Below are positions 1-13,631 of a DNA stretch of 64,000 nt, in pieces. Positions within the stretch are counted from its first letter, which is position 1. Each line of letters opens with the position of its first letter. Both the position numbers and the translations under genes were made by a program. The notes beneath the pieces are model-generated. The model was not told the origin of the DNA and did not search any database. It saw only the letters and a list, made by a program, of their open reading frames with translations. This DNA comes from the human T2T-CHM13v2.0 reference genome, Homo sapiens. Location of the stretch: the NCBI RefSeq assembly GCF_009914755.1, contig NC_060929.1; one strand, given 5' to 3'.

Positions 1-685
1 ATTCCAAATCATTTATGTAGATAATCTCCATTAACAGAAGTGGATCTTAATTCCCCTTCTCCCTTGGAGTGCTGGCTGGACTTAGTGACTTGATTCCAAA
101 GAAAAAGTGTTACAAAAAGGGAAAATCTAGCAAACACTTCCTTATTCAGGTTTTCAGGGTTAACGTCATTAGTGGAAGTCAAGGTGATAGCACCTACCTG
201 CTGGTATTGTGTGATAATAAGGGCATGGCATATCTATAGCATGATTCCCATGAACTATAACTCCAGTCTGAACAGGGAAAACATCAGACAGACTTAAATC
301 AAGGAACATTGTACGAAATATCTCACAACTACGCCTCAAAACTGTCAAGGTCACCAAAAATAAGTAAAGTTGGGACAATTATCACAGCCAAGGAAAGCCT
401 AATTATACATTGCAAATAGAAGTAATTGGTATTTTAGATGGGACATTGGAACAGAAAAAAATACACTAGTGGTAGAACTAGTAAAATTTGAGTGAAGCAT
501 GGAGTTTAATTAATAATAATATACCAATTTTGTTTTTGTAGGAAAACAAACTTAGTTTTTTAGAAAAATGTGCCATGAAAAGGTGAGATACTACAATGGG
601 GAATTTAGGTGAGAGGTATATAGGTAATCTATATACAAGCTTTGCAATTTCATTACATCTAAAATTGTTCCAAAATAAAAAATTA
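1..685 (+). mobile_element. Ancient L1 (L1MC/L1MD-type) 3' UTR fragment
   Basis: Contains motifs typical of L1MC/MD 3' ends (ggctggacttagtgacttg; aaaacatcagaca; gggaatttaggtgagaggtata) and ends at an AATAAA/A-rich terminus near 675-685. Subfamily recalled from memory. Confidence 0.65.
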
Positions 686-2044
686 TTTTAAAATTTTCTG
701 CCTAATCATTCTGCCTTTTGAACCCCCAATTTCCTTTCTATATAACAATATATTTGGTGGTGTCATTGTTGGCATAAAATTTAACATAGGTCTATTTTCA
801 CTCAATAAACCACACTTTAAAGTGTATGCTGGTACCTTCCTATGCAAATGAAACATCTCCGGAATGGATAAAAGACAATGGAAAATAAACAGAATTAAAT
901 TAAAAGGCAATTTCTAGTCCTCAATAACTAGTTATCTCAGTGTCTTAGATTCTGTAGCCCTGAAATTCACATTGGAAAACACATGTATCTGAAACACAGA
1001 TGAAATGAATTTAGCATTAATAAATGCAATATAGTATATAGCCTGATTAAATTATAGATGCTGTTCATCAATGATTTTGGAACTGTAAGCGTAAAGCAAT
1101 TTCAATTAAATGTAAAAATTGTTTTGATTTTTGAGGAAAGGAAAAATAATAATGTCTTAGCATTAGAAATACCCTTAGCAATATTTGAAATACCGTATTT
1201 CTGTGGAAAAAAATTATTTTAAATATAATATTGATGAATAACAGATATTTTATTTTGTTTTATTTTTGCTTGATAATAAACCTATTGAACAGAGACATTT
1301 ATTCATGAGGCAATAATTTATCGACAGTCATTTATATGCCATTCACTGTTATAGCCAATGAATAAATTTTCTATATCCAATATTATTCCAATACTTGACA
1401 AAATACACCTTAGAATTTTTTCTTAAGTATTTACTACAATTATGATGGGAACACCAAAGAGTTAGAGCTAGTTAGTGAAGAGTATATCCTAATGGGTCCT
1501 ATTTTACCATATGACCTAATGGATCTGACAGTAGATAGATCAAAATGGACAGTTCAGGTAATATAATAATTTAATCATCTATGATCCAGAGCTCAGTCTT
1601 CATAGGACACACTTCCTAAAAGTTCCTAGTTCTTTGCTGCAAGAGTCTAAACCTTCTACCAACATCTTAGGAATCTTCAATGTGACTCTTCTATTAAAGA
1701 TTGCAAAAAAACTGATCACAGATTAATTATATTCACCTTTAGCTCCATTTAGTTTCTCAGGTCGGAGTTGATTTATTTCCATTGAAATATTGATTAACAT
1801 AAATACCACCTGTGATTTTGGCTGCCCTTGACCACAATCCTTGTAGAATAAGGTTCCCTAGTTGCCATGATGACTTTGATGACCTTTAAATCTGGTTCCT
1901 CCACTCTAGATTTCTATAACCCCTTTTGCTGTATTGACACAAGACATACTGTTTTTAAGAGAGCATCTCCTACCATTAACTCGGGTCTACAGAGGAGAGC
2001 TAGCATAGAGTTACTCAGCTATGCACATGCCCCCATCACCAAAT

Positions 2045-2618
2045 TGATAGCAGGAAAGAGATCTTGATGCAGACCCCAAGAGAGGGTTCTTGAATCTTGC
2101 ACAGCAAAGAATTCAAAGCAATTTGTATGGTTAGAAGAGAAAATTTATTGAAACTTTCTCCATTACACAGTAGAGCCTTCTCAGAAAGAAAGCAGAAGAC
2201 CACACTGTCTTTGTTTTTCCTGTTTTTTGTTTTTTTTTTTTAAAAAAAATATACATAGGGGTCTTGTCTTTGTAAAGAGTAAATTAAGCTGCGCCTACGT
2301 GCAGGTGAGCTAACAGCATGAAAAAATGTATTATTCTATTGATTTAAAGAAAACTGCCCTTGACATTTTAGTGTATAAGTAAATCAAAAGACAACTATAA
2401 TTATCTTGAAAGCATACATTGTTATGTATACTGGGACATCTGTACTTTCTGTTATTGTAGGAGTTTGTGCTTGCAAGCATCACCTATATGCTTTCTTAGT
2501 GGTAAACATCTTAGGATCGTGGGTTGGGACTGGCAAGTATGTGCCTTGCTAGCTTTAAGATGGAGTTGATTTAAAATTGGTGTCACTCTGGTTCTCTTAG
2601 GCTCCTACTTCCCTAATA
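2045..2618 (-). mobile_element. 3' LTR of the MER4-group provirus
   Basis: Starts TG at 2045 with the MER4-group U5 signature cagaccccaagagagggttcttgaatc and ends ...cttccctaata. Colinear with 10261-10814. Confidence 0.9.
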
Positions 2619-2629
2619 TCCTCCCCTCT
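2619..2629 (-). other. Polypurine tract (AGAGGGGAGGA)
   Basis: tcctcccctct directly abuts the 3' LTR on the minus strand. Confidence 0.8.
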
Positions 2630-2879
2630 ACTTATGAGAGAGCCCTTAATCTTAAGAGGAGATAAAGGGTGAAAATTGTTCTTCTGTAACTTCTTTCTGC
2701 AGAAAGTGGACGATGATCTTTGGGTCACGATTCTCTTATAAGGGTTTGCAGTTAGCCTCTAGGGAGCCAAGCAAAGTCCTTGTGATGCTTTCCTGATGAT
2801 TCTAAGGGCATAGGCCTTGCCTGGTATTGGAGGAATAAAAAATATCTGGATGCCAGATCTAAGGGGTATAAAGGCAGGA

Positions 2880-3600
2880 TGTCTTTATTTCCTGGGTCAG
2901 AAGATAGGATGGGTTGGAAGCCTTGTGCCACCATCATCTTTATGTGGAATTGTAATCTAGAAGACACAAACTTTCCCAAGAGGTTAAACAAGCAAGGACC
3001 AAAGATTAGTAATAACATGATAGTTATCAAAGGCCCTAGATAGGGCAAAATCTAAGTGAGAATCAAGGGAGTGATTTTAATGGTCAACCAGTACAGTTGG
3101 GGTGGGTACCTTGGTAATATTTATGCAACCAGACAGCTTGTTAATATATTTTCTCTATATATTCTTCTATTTGACCTGGGGTGTTTATATAAGTGCTGGA
3201 GGTTTTATTGATTATGGAGCATACTCTCTTTTTTAAATCGGGAACTAATCTAGTGCTAATCTATTGCCTGTTGATCTATCTGCAAAGAAATAAAGGGAAA
3301 GTTTTAACTTACCTGAAGCATCCCCCATTTTACCATTTTATGAGACAGTATGTAGAATGAAGAAGTAAAGTTTTGAAGAGTTGCTTTATGATAGGCCAAT
3401 TGTCCCCATGGGGACAATAAGCCAATGCCAACCCCAACTCTAGCCAATATAAAGCCAATTGTGCTCTTAGCTCTCAGGTGAGTGTTGTTATATAATTGTA
3501 TGTTAGAGAGATTTGCTTGTCCTACTGTACATTGACTGCTGAAGCAAACATTATTAATACACTGATAACCATGAGTTTTATGATCCCAAATAAGATACAA
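2880..3600 (-). pseudogene. env: Degenerate class I (gamma-type) env remnant: cleavage site, fusion peptide, ISD and TM anchor
   Basis: HLRAKSTIGFILARVGVGIGLLSPWG (ORF 3304-3600); NRLALD* at 3265-3245 followed by a CSIINKT-like motif; LGPLITIMLLLIFGPCLFNLLGKFVSSRLQ (ORF 2752-3048). Stops and frameshifts present. Confidence 0.85.
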
Positions 3601-3759
3601 GTTATTTATAGGTTGATTGAATGAGTGACCATATAACCATAAGTATCTGTTGGGGATGCAAACCTGTATGAGAAGGGAGTTGTTAAGAAGACTGAGTACC
3701 TGCAGGGGAGACTAGGGATGTTACCTATCTGTTTATTTGAAAACAATAGCTTTAGGTCT

Positions 3760-3960
3760 TCTAGGGATTCACAAGTGTGGATTGTGACGTCTTCTTTCAG
3801 TGCCTGCAGGAATTCATAAGAAATAGATTTAATCTTGGAAAGGTGTACCCAGCTAATGATTCCCTGATGTTTAACAGCAGTGGGGGTACTTAACAATACC
3901 TGATAGGGGCCCTTCCATTTTGATTGTAATTGACCTCTTCAGGGGATCCTTCTTTCTAAG
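3760..3960 (-). pseudogene. pol: Retroviral integrase C-terminal (GPY/F) remnant
   Basis: Minus-strand translation from 3920 gives KWKGPYQVLLSTPTAVKHQGIISWVHLSKIK. Confidence 0.9.
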
Positions 3961-4029
3961 TTTTTAATGAAAGTCTCCTGTTTGAACAGAGGAGCTTTGA
4001 ATATTTTGGAGGTAGTCCTGACACATGCA

Positions 4030-4365
4030 TATTGAAAAAACATGCATGTAACATATAACTCTGTTTACATTGGAGTGGAGAATTAACCCTTGCCTGGCAT
4101 GGTCTTAGATCCTGTTTATAATTTTATATCTTATTGCCATAAAGGGTCTGTTCTGTCGGTCTTATGTTCACTATTTTAAAGTTAATGCTGGTCTTTTGTG
4201 CCTGAATTCCAAGGGGAGAAATGTATAGTGAGGCATGTCTGACCCCCTGTTTGCCCTCATGGCCTGAAATAGTTTTTCAGGTTTTTTGTTTTTGTTTTTG
4301 TTTTCATTTGGCCAAGAGTGGGTGTCTATTGTGTGGGGAGGGTGGCTTAGGATTTTGTTTTTATA
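4030..4365 (-). mobile_element. Internal MER4-like LTR (U3) fragment preceded by its own PPT
   Basis: Minus strand reads AAAAAAAGGAGAA|TATAAAAACAAAATCCTAAG...CCTGAAAAACTATTTCAGGCCATGA...GACATGCCTCACTATAC...GGAATTCAGGCAC, which resembles the start of MER4 LTRs. Confidence 0.7.
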
Positions 4366-6170
4366 TTCTCCTTTTTTTGTCAAGGTATGACAGAGGCAGT
4401 ATCGATAGCCAAGCTTTCATTTTGTCCCATATGGATGCCAGGGGGGTGTGCTACTGGCCCCAGGTACATTATGTCCTTCGATGCTCCATCATGTCCCTCC
4501 ATGGTCCACCATGTCCCTATGGCCAAGGGATTCAAGTCAAAAGACTCATATCCAATTAATTCTTCTAGGCCAGATGGTAATGGAGGAATTAGGCCGGCAC
4601 TCATTAAACTTAAACCCTTTTAAGACACATAAAAACCAAAAATCAAAGGCCAAGAGGCAAGGTTACAAAATGGACTTATCAATACATTCTATGCATTGAC
4701 CTATTGTATTCCTGGCTTGTAGTAACTAGCTGTGTAAAACACACATATTTTCTTCAGCTGTTTAGGCATCTGTGTGCCCATCCTTGATTTGGAGAGTCTG
4801 AACTAATTTTATTCTCCAAAACCAACCCTTACAATCTCATGTGATAGTCCCTGAGCTGGAGGGGATGAATATTTAAATTTCTGGAGGGAAAAGTAAGCAT
4901 AAGGAATTAACAATGTTTTTAACAAAAGATCATATTCTCTGCCTGGTTCTGAGAACGAAGGAAAGGGAAGCCCATCGGTAGCCAAACATTTATTTAGTAT
5001 TAAGGCAGATAATAAATTGTATATTTCAGAAAAAGGCAGAACTATTAAATGAATCTTATTTTTTTTTAATACAGTCCTGATCCTGTGTCTCATGAAAGCA
5101 GTTTACTTTGATTTTCATCTTTGTCCAGGTCTAAAGACAAGGCTTTGGTCAATTTGAGTTTGGTGTTACATATTGGCAGGAGTCAGTGCTTTATTTAGAT
5201 GAGATTTGTGTATGCTGGAGTCAAAGCCTTGTAACGTAACAGCATAAGGATTAGTTAATATCACTTGATAAGGACCTTTTTTAAGGGTCTACAGTGAGCT
5301 CTTTAACTGAGTTTCTTCCAGTATATATAATTATCAGACTGAAGGTAGTGATACTGGAGTTCATAGTCTGACTAGAAGGTGTGAAAATAGTCTACAACTC
5401 TGTAGTGATTATTTTTTATAGATTTAATATGCACCAGCAATAAGACTGTGAGAGACTTCATTTAGGATTTTTATTTTAATGACATTTGTTAAAGCTGTTA
5501 AAAAGCCTCAAAATATTTGATCAAAATAGAATCAAGCTGATTGTAAAACCATAGCTACTCATTTAACCAAAGTGATAATTAAAAAGACTTTAAAGGCAAT
5601 GCAAAAGGCTATATGGATATAAAAACCTTAACTGTTTTAAATCTTAGTTTTTAGCAACTAAAAACCTCATAAAGACAGTATAGTAATTTTAGAATCTTGT
5701 TTCTTAAGCCAGTTATCAAAAAGGAAAAAAAATCTGTCCACTATGTGACTGTTTCTCCTTATGAGATGCCCATTTAGATGACCCAGAAGTCAAATCAGAT
5801 GAAAAAAAGTGCTTGAATTTAATCCAACACAGGAAGAGTGTATTCAAGTAAATGAATATAGCAGGGGGATACATGACTCAGACACAGCTTAAGTTTCCTG
5901 ATTACACTGAAAATTTAGACATATCAAGAAAACCAAGAATATACAACTAAGTTATGCTAGAGGAAAATATTGCTTTCTAGATCTTCGAGATAAAACATTC
6001 TAGCATCAAGGCATAACAACAGTTAGAACTGGAGGAAAGAAGAAAAGTTACAAGAGTTGACAAAACTTTATCATGACTTACCAAGACCATCTACGGCATG
6101 CTTTGACTTTCTGACTTGTTCTAAAGGTCTCTCTTCTAAATAAACAGTCGTTTTATTTTTAGGACAAAAA

Positions 6171-6210
6171 TTTACCATACAAAATCCCTTTTTACCATAC
6201 AAAATCCCTT
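6171..6210. repeat. Perfect 20-bp tandem duplication (tttaccatacaaaatccctt x2)
   Basis: Read directly from the sequence. Confidence 0.9.
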
Positions 6211-6360
6211 TTCATATGAAATTATTCTCTTTTCTTTATAACCTTTCTTAACAAAAATGCATCTCTATATCCTTCATAACTTTCTTCACACCTCTCTCTC
6301 CTTGACTCACTGGTTCCTTTCTATATTGATTCATAAATAACCATTTTAAAGCCCATAATT

Positions 6361-7058
6361 CGTTTGTTTGTTGTATTTGTTGTTGTTTTACTTTTATTTT
6401 AGGTTCAAGGGTAAATGTGCAGGTTTGTTATATAGGTATATTGTAAGTCGTAGAGGTTTGTTGTACAGATTATTTCATCACCCAGGAAATAAGCATAATA
6501 ACTAAAATGCAGTTTTTGATCCTCATCATCCTTCCACCCTCCAACCTCAAGTAGGCCCCAGTGTCTGTTGTTCCCTTCTTTGTGTCCATATGTAGTCAAA
6601 GTTTAGCTCCCACTTGTAAGTGAGAACATGTGGTATTTTATTTTCCTTTCATGTATTAGTTCACTTAGGATAATGCCCTCCAGTTCCCTCTATGTCGCTG
6701 CAAAGGACATGATCTCTTTCTTTTTTCATGGCTGTGTAGTATTTCATGATATATATGTACCACATTTTCTTTATCCAGTCTACCATTGATGGGAATTTTG
6801 TCTGGCTCCGTTTTTCTGGTCTTGAGAATAGTGCAGTGATGAACATACACATGCATGTATCTTTATGGCAGAGTGATTTATATTCATTCAGGTATATACC
6901 CAATAAAGCGATTGCAGGTTTGAATGGAAATTCTGTTTTGAGTTCTTTGAGAAATCACCAAACTGCTTTCCATAAGGGTTGAAATAATTTACAGTCCTAC
7001 CAGCAGTGTGCAAATATTCCTTTTTCTCTATGACTTCATCATCATGTTATTTTTTGGC
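6361..7058 (-). mobile_element. 5'-truncated L1 (L1PA15/16- or L1PB-like) inserted in the ERV
   Basis: L1 3' UTR plus ORF2 C-terminus (HKDTCMCMFITALF...VDWIKKMWYIY). TSD aagcccataatt (6349-6360) / aagtccataatt (7059-7070). Confidence 0.9.
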
Positions 7059-7763
7059 AAGTCCATAATTTGAAGTGACCTTTAGAGAACTTCTGAATTA
7101 GACAAAATTATTCTTGTTTTCAATAAGACTGACTCCAGGGAGGCTTCTGGCTTCCAATGCCTCCCAGAGAGATGCTGAATTAAACAAAATGAAGAAGTAA
7201 AATTCCTTCTAATCAAGATTAGAAGGAAAATGATAGGTGTAAACTTCAGGGCATGCAAGTGTAGGGTGATGTGCATCACTGATGAGGCACAGACAGCAAC
7301 TATACAGCTGACAAAGGGGACTGGGGGATCAAGAAGCAGTAGGTGCTGGAAAATATTCCTCTGAGCCTCAAACACTTTATCCACCTCTGCATGGGGCTCC
7401 AAACCCCCAGTCCTATGGAAATATAAAGGAACATGGGCATTCCATAATTCCCGGGGCTCAGAAGGCTAAGTATGTTGCAAAAAAAAGGGGGACAACAAAG
7501 GAAAGGAAAGAGACAAGAAAAGACACTCACCCGCTCGTGAATCCAAAAACTTAGGAAGCAATAAATCCTGAACTGTTTGTCAGGTTTTAACATTTTATAC
7601 ATAAAACAATTCCAGAATTTCAGAATGTGTTTTTCCATAGCATAGACTTTTCTTAATTGACAATGACCCTGACACACAACAAGTCCTACAAAGAAAGTTG
7701 TGGACCAAAATTTTAGGTAAATTAGACTTTATTAAAGTTTGATTTTTAAAAAAGCCTGTTCCA

Positions 7764-8424
<661 letters not shown>

Positions 8425-8451
8425 TTTATTTATTTTTTTTGGTAACTATTA

Positions 8452-8922
<471 letters not shown>

Positions 8923-9152
8923 TTATTTTATTGTTTTCTAAAATACAGGAATATTGTTTTACAAAAGATTCAAACAATGCACACATTAGCAAATAAAGTA
9001 AATGGTGAAAGTCCCCTTGGTTCCAAAGCTATCTCTTTCATTCTCACTTCCTTCCAGAAGGACATCACTCTTAACAGTTTGATGTGTACTCTTTCAGGAT
9101 TTTGCCCATGCATTTACAGATATATGTACATAAATGAAAACAGATACAAAGC

Positions 9153-9232
9153 TTTATTTATTTATTTGAGACAGAGTCTGGCTCTGTTGCCTAGTCTGGA
9201 GTACAGTAGCATGATCATGGCTTACTGCAGCA
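9153..9232 (-). mobile_element. AluJ 3' fragment
   Basis: tttatttgagacagagtctggctctgttgcc...atcatggcttactgcagc. Confidence 0.8.
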
Positions 9233-9895
9233 AGTAAATGAGGGAGAAATGCCAGAATTACATTTACATTTTAGCCAGAACTGGCTGAACTGTGCTAGAA
9301 AAACAAAATCTCCAAGTAATCTTGAATTAGTAATATTATAAACAGTGAGTCTTATCTCAACACCAGTAGCCTAATAATAGTAGATTCCAAGCAGGCAGAA
9401 AAGAAAAGAGAGAAATAGAGAGATTTAGAAGACTCTATTTAATTTTAGAGTTGCAGGACAAAAATAGCCACCAGAATGCCAACAGGCTGAAACTTCAGAC
9501 AAGGAAATGGGACTCTGGGTTTCCAAGCTGGCCAAATGGATCAAGATTCATGCACATTTTAAAATGGGGTGTAAAAGCATCTGAGCCCTCCAATGGTTAA
9601 GATATAACAAGACCAAATCTTGCAAGTCCCCAGGTTTCCCGTGCTATCCTGCCACATGACAAAGAAAAGCAACTGAAAAGGCAATAGTCAGAAAGCGAGC
9701 ATTGAAAGTTAATGTAGTAAACCTCCATGCTAGCCATAAGGACCATAGTAAGGCTTCAGTAAAGCAAAGGCAACAAACTGGAAAATGACAAGAACTATAG
9801 CTTTCCCATATCCAGCAAAGGAGACAGGGTGGATTAACCCAAAGCATATACTGGAAATCATCTTCCAAAGCTGCTTCTATTTTTATTAAACACAA

Positions 9896-10120
9896 GGGAC
9901 TCTACCCTTGTTGGGCCAGGACTCTAACCTGAATCTCCTACCCCAGGGACTCTAATACCATGGCCTGGAACTCTAACTCAAATCTTAGGCAGGCATCTTT
10001 GCCCTGTAATATACCCAAGGGACTCTAACCCTATTGGGCCGTGACTCTATCCCAAATATTATACCCCAGGGACTCTTACCCTGTTGGGCCAGAACTCTAA
10101 CCCAAATCTCTTATCCCAGG
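9896..10120. repeat. Degenerate tandem repeat of about 50 bp (about 4 units) in the proviral leader
   Basis: Recurring unit gggactct(a)accctgttgggccaggactctaacc(c)aaatctcctacccca. Confidence 0.85.
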
Positions 10121-10238
10121 AATTCCACTGGGCCTTGGTAATATTAATCTTGATAGGATGCTAGGGTAGACCCCAGTTACTAGTGAATTGGTGCCGCCTA
10201 GGCTGGATTTCCTTGGCATAGGGTCTCATTCTAAGGTA

Positions 10239-10256
10239 CCTTTGTCGTGGTCACCA
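10239..10256 (-). other. Primer binding site, tRNA-Arg-like
   Basis: Minus strand TGGTGACCACGACAAAGG compared with the PBS-Arg TGGCGACCACGAAGGGAC, adjacent to the 5' LTR. Confidence 0.7.
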
Positions 10257-10260
10257 GAAG

Positions 10261-10814
10261 ATCAGAAGAGGAATCTGATCCAGACCCCAAAAAAGGGTTC
10301 CTGGATCTCAGGTAGGAAAGAACTCAAGGTAAGTCACCAAGTATAGTGAGAAGAGATAGTTTATTGAAACCTACTTCATTACAGAGTATGGCGTCCCCAG
10401 AAGAAAACGGAGCAATACATCATCTTTTTTTTTTTTAAGTTTTTCTTATATAGGGGTCTTGTCTATGTAAAGATTAAACTAAGCTGTGCCTACGTGCAGG
10501 TGGGCTGACAGCATGACAAAATGTATTATTTTACTTATTTAAAGAAAGCTATCCTTGACATTTTAGTGTGTAAGTACATCAAAGCATAACTATAATTATC
10601 TTGAAAGCGTATATTGTTATGGGTAATGGGACATCTGGACTTTCTGTTGTTGTGGGAGTGTGTCCTTGTAGGCATTACCAAACTTGTTCCCTAGCTGCAA
10701 ACATCTTACAACTAGAGGTCATGACTGACAAGGAATGTGCCTTGCTAGTTTTAAGATGGAGTCGATCTCAAATTGGTGTCACTCTGGCTGTCCTAGGGTC
10801 CTGCTTCCCTAACA
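10261..10814 (-). mobile_element. 5' LTR of the MER4-group provirus
   Basis: Minus strand starts TGTTAGGGAAGCAG. Homologous along its length to 2045-2618. The U5 tip appears slightly eroded. Confidence 0.9.
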
Positions 10815-11938
10815 AATGTATTCTTTATTTCCCTGAAAGGAGTGCCCTCTAGGCCACATAGGAAACCAGAGTAACCTAATAAGGTTCTGTTTTTGTTTTT
10901 GTTTTTGTTTTTAATAAATACTCCTTTCTGATCATCTCTCTGATCTTTTTTGATATTCTTTTTAAAACACTGCCAAAATAATTCTGGCATTTCTCCCTCA
11001 TTTACTGTAGATCGTCATTACTCCCACGTTTCAAGGAACCATCCCAGCAGTATATTCAGCTAGCTCCTGATGCCCTTGCTGAGATGACAGGATTTAACTC
11101 ATGGAGAAATATCCCATAAAATAATACTCTCCATAACACAGCATTACATGCTGCTGTTCTGTTCTCTGCATTTTTCTCTTCCTCCTGTACAATAGCTTTA
11201 TGTTCTAAATATCAGTGGTCACTCCCATATTCCTGGTTCCTACAGAAGTGTAATAGTCAGATGTAAAACTCATTTTTTAATGAAGATTTTAATTTATAGC
11301 AGAGACATTTCTTTCCATTCGGATTTTATTTAACCCTGATAGTTACTGGCTTAGAAACAAAAGAGCGAGTGATTGAAGACTATGATGTGAGCAAACATTA
11401 AGTAGCTAACAATAATCCTCTGTTGAAAATTATGTGTGCTTTCTAGGTGGCTCTACCCCAAGAGGTAGGAGCCTGATTGCTTTCAGCAAATAAATGTCAG
11501 GTAAATCCGTGGAGTCGTTGTTCTCAATACCGCCAACCAAATTTCCCTATCCCAAATCTGAGGGTCTCATTCTTTCCCTATGAGGGTCCTGAATTTAGAG
11601 CAGGAGCATTGCCTGGGCTGTGAAATTGATCTCAGTGATAACATTTGGATCTTGAACCTGACTTTGAGGACAAGCTGTGCTACATCTGCAGAAGAATAGG
11701 ATCTACTTTATAGGATGCTTTTTCATGGTTTCCAGGCAATAGAGAGCTGCTCCTGTCTACAGGTTTAGCCCTTCGGGCTTTTACGGTGTCTTGAATTGTT
11801 AGTTGATTGCCCTGTGCCATAATATTTATAATTTCCATTTCCTTCAGATCTTTTATATTCTTGAGACATAATAAGCAAATACTTTCCCTTCTTCTTATAT
11901 GGTATCATAGTCTATCCAGTGAGAATTCCAGAAACTAA

Positions 11939-12319
<381 letters not shown>

Positions 12320-12404
12320 TAATGGAATTCTTACTGCTATCTGATGAAATTTCTGAATCCCTTGTCAAGATTCTGCTTTGTAAGGTCACTTATAGTAGTA
12401 ATGC

Positions 12405-12720
12405 ACTAGTTTGAGTTTATTAAAAGCAGACTATAAGTCAAAGGTTACATTGCAAGTGGTTTATGTTGAGGTTTATTCCAAGTAATACCAGGAGAAAGTG
12501 GGGAGTGAGAGAGAAAATGGTAGAAAATTAATATTGGTAATTTTATTATAGGGTTCTCATGGTTAACACTGAAGCACCTGCCTTTCGAGACTTTCTGAAA
12601 TACTGTGTTAAAATACTGTGCTCATAGAAACCCGGTAAAGAGGGAGTATTTATTCATCATCCCCCATTCCAAACTGATTGAGGGTCAATTCTAGGGTCAA
12701 TCTCTCTGGTACTTTAACTG
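12405..12720. mobile_element. Old ERVL LTR fragment (LTR16/LTR33/LTR41-like)
   Basis: aagcagactataagtcaaagg...tgcaagtggtttatgttgagg resembles these LTR ends. Highly diverged. Confidence 0.4.
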
Positions 12721-12738
12721 TCATTAAGAACATTTACC

Positions 12739-13046
<308 letters not shown>

Positions 13047-13099
13047 TTACCTCCAAAAGCAGCTGAATATTTAATAAGGCATGTTTTCAGCTGCACATA

Positions 13100-13355
13100 G
13101 AGCCTCACGTGTGTAATACTAACACTTTGCAGGGCAAAGGCAGGAGGATCACTTGAGTACAGAAATTCAAGACCAGACTGGGCAACATAGTGAGACCCCA
13201 TTTCTACAAAAAGTTTAAAAAAAGATTGGCATGGTGGTGCCCACCTGTAGTTTCAGCTGCTTGAGAGGCTGAGACAGGAGGATTACTGGACACCGGAGTT
13301 GGAGGCTGCAGTGGACTATGATTGCATCACTACACTCTGTCTCTAAAAATATAAT
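13100..13355 (+). mobile_element. Diverged AluJ
   Basis: ggaggatcacttgag...caacatagtgagacccc...ggaggctgcagtg. Confidence 0.85.
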
Positions 13356-13477
13356 TAAAAATACGGCATATTTGCACATTACTTAGCATACCACCTGACA
13401 TTTATCTTTCAATAATAAAATTTTTTGCTATTAAACTTACCTTCAAAGATCAGACATTTAATAATGATCAGTGTTTC

Positions 13478-13631
13478 TTTATTTTATTTCCAACTTTTAT
13501 CTTAAGTTCAGGGGTACACGTGTAGGATGTGCAGGGTTGTTAGATAGGTGAACGTGTGCCATGGTGGTTTGTTGCAAGGACCATCCCATTACCCAGGTAT
13601 TAAGCCCAGCATCCACCAGCTATTCTTCCAC
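13478..13631 (-). mobile_element. Very short L1PA 3' end
   Basis: L1 3' terminus with a 12-bp TSD gatcagtgtttc (13466-13477 / 13632-13643). Confidence 0.9.

Noticed and set aside
2752-3600. Possible domesticated env (syncytin-like) gene
   Set aside because: Stop codon in the ISD, frameshifts, a mutated cleavage site (RAKS) and most of SU missing.
9896-10120. CRISPR-like repeat-spacer appearance
   Set aside because: The units are degenerate tandem copies without unique spacers, lie inside a primate ERV, and there are no cas genes.
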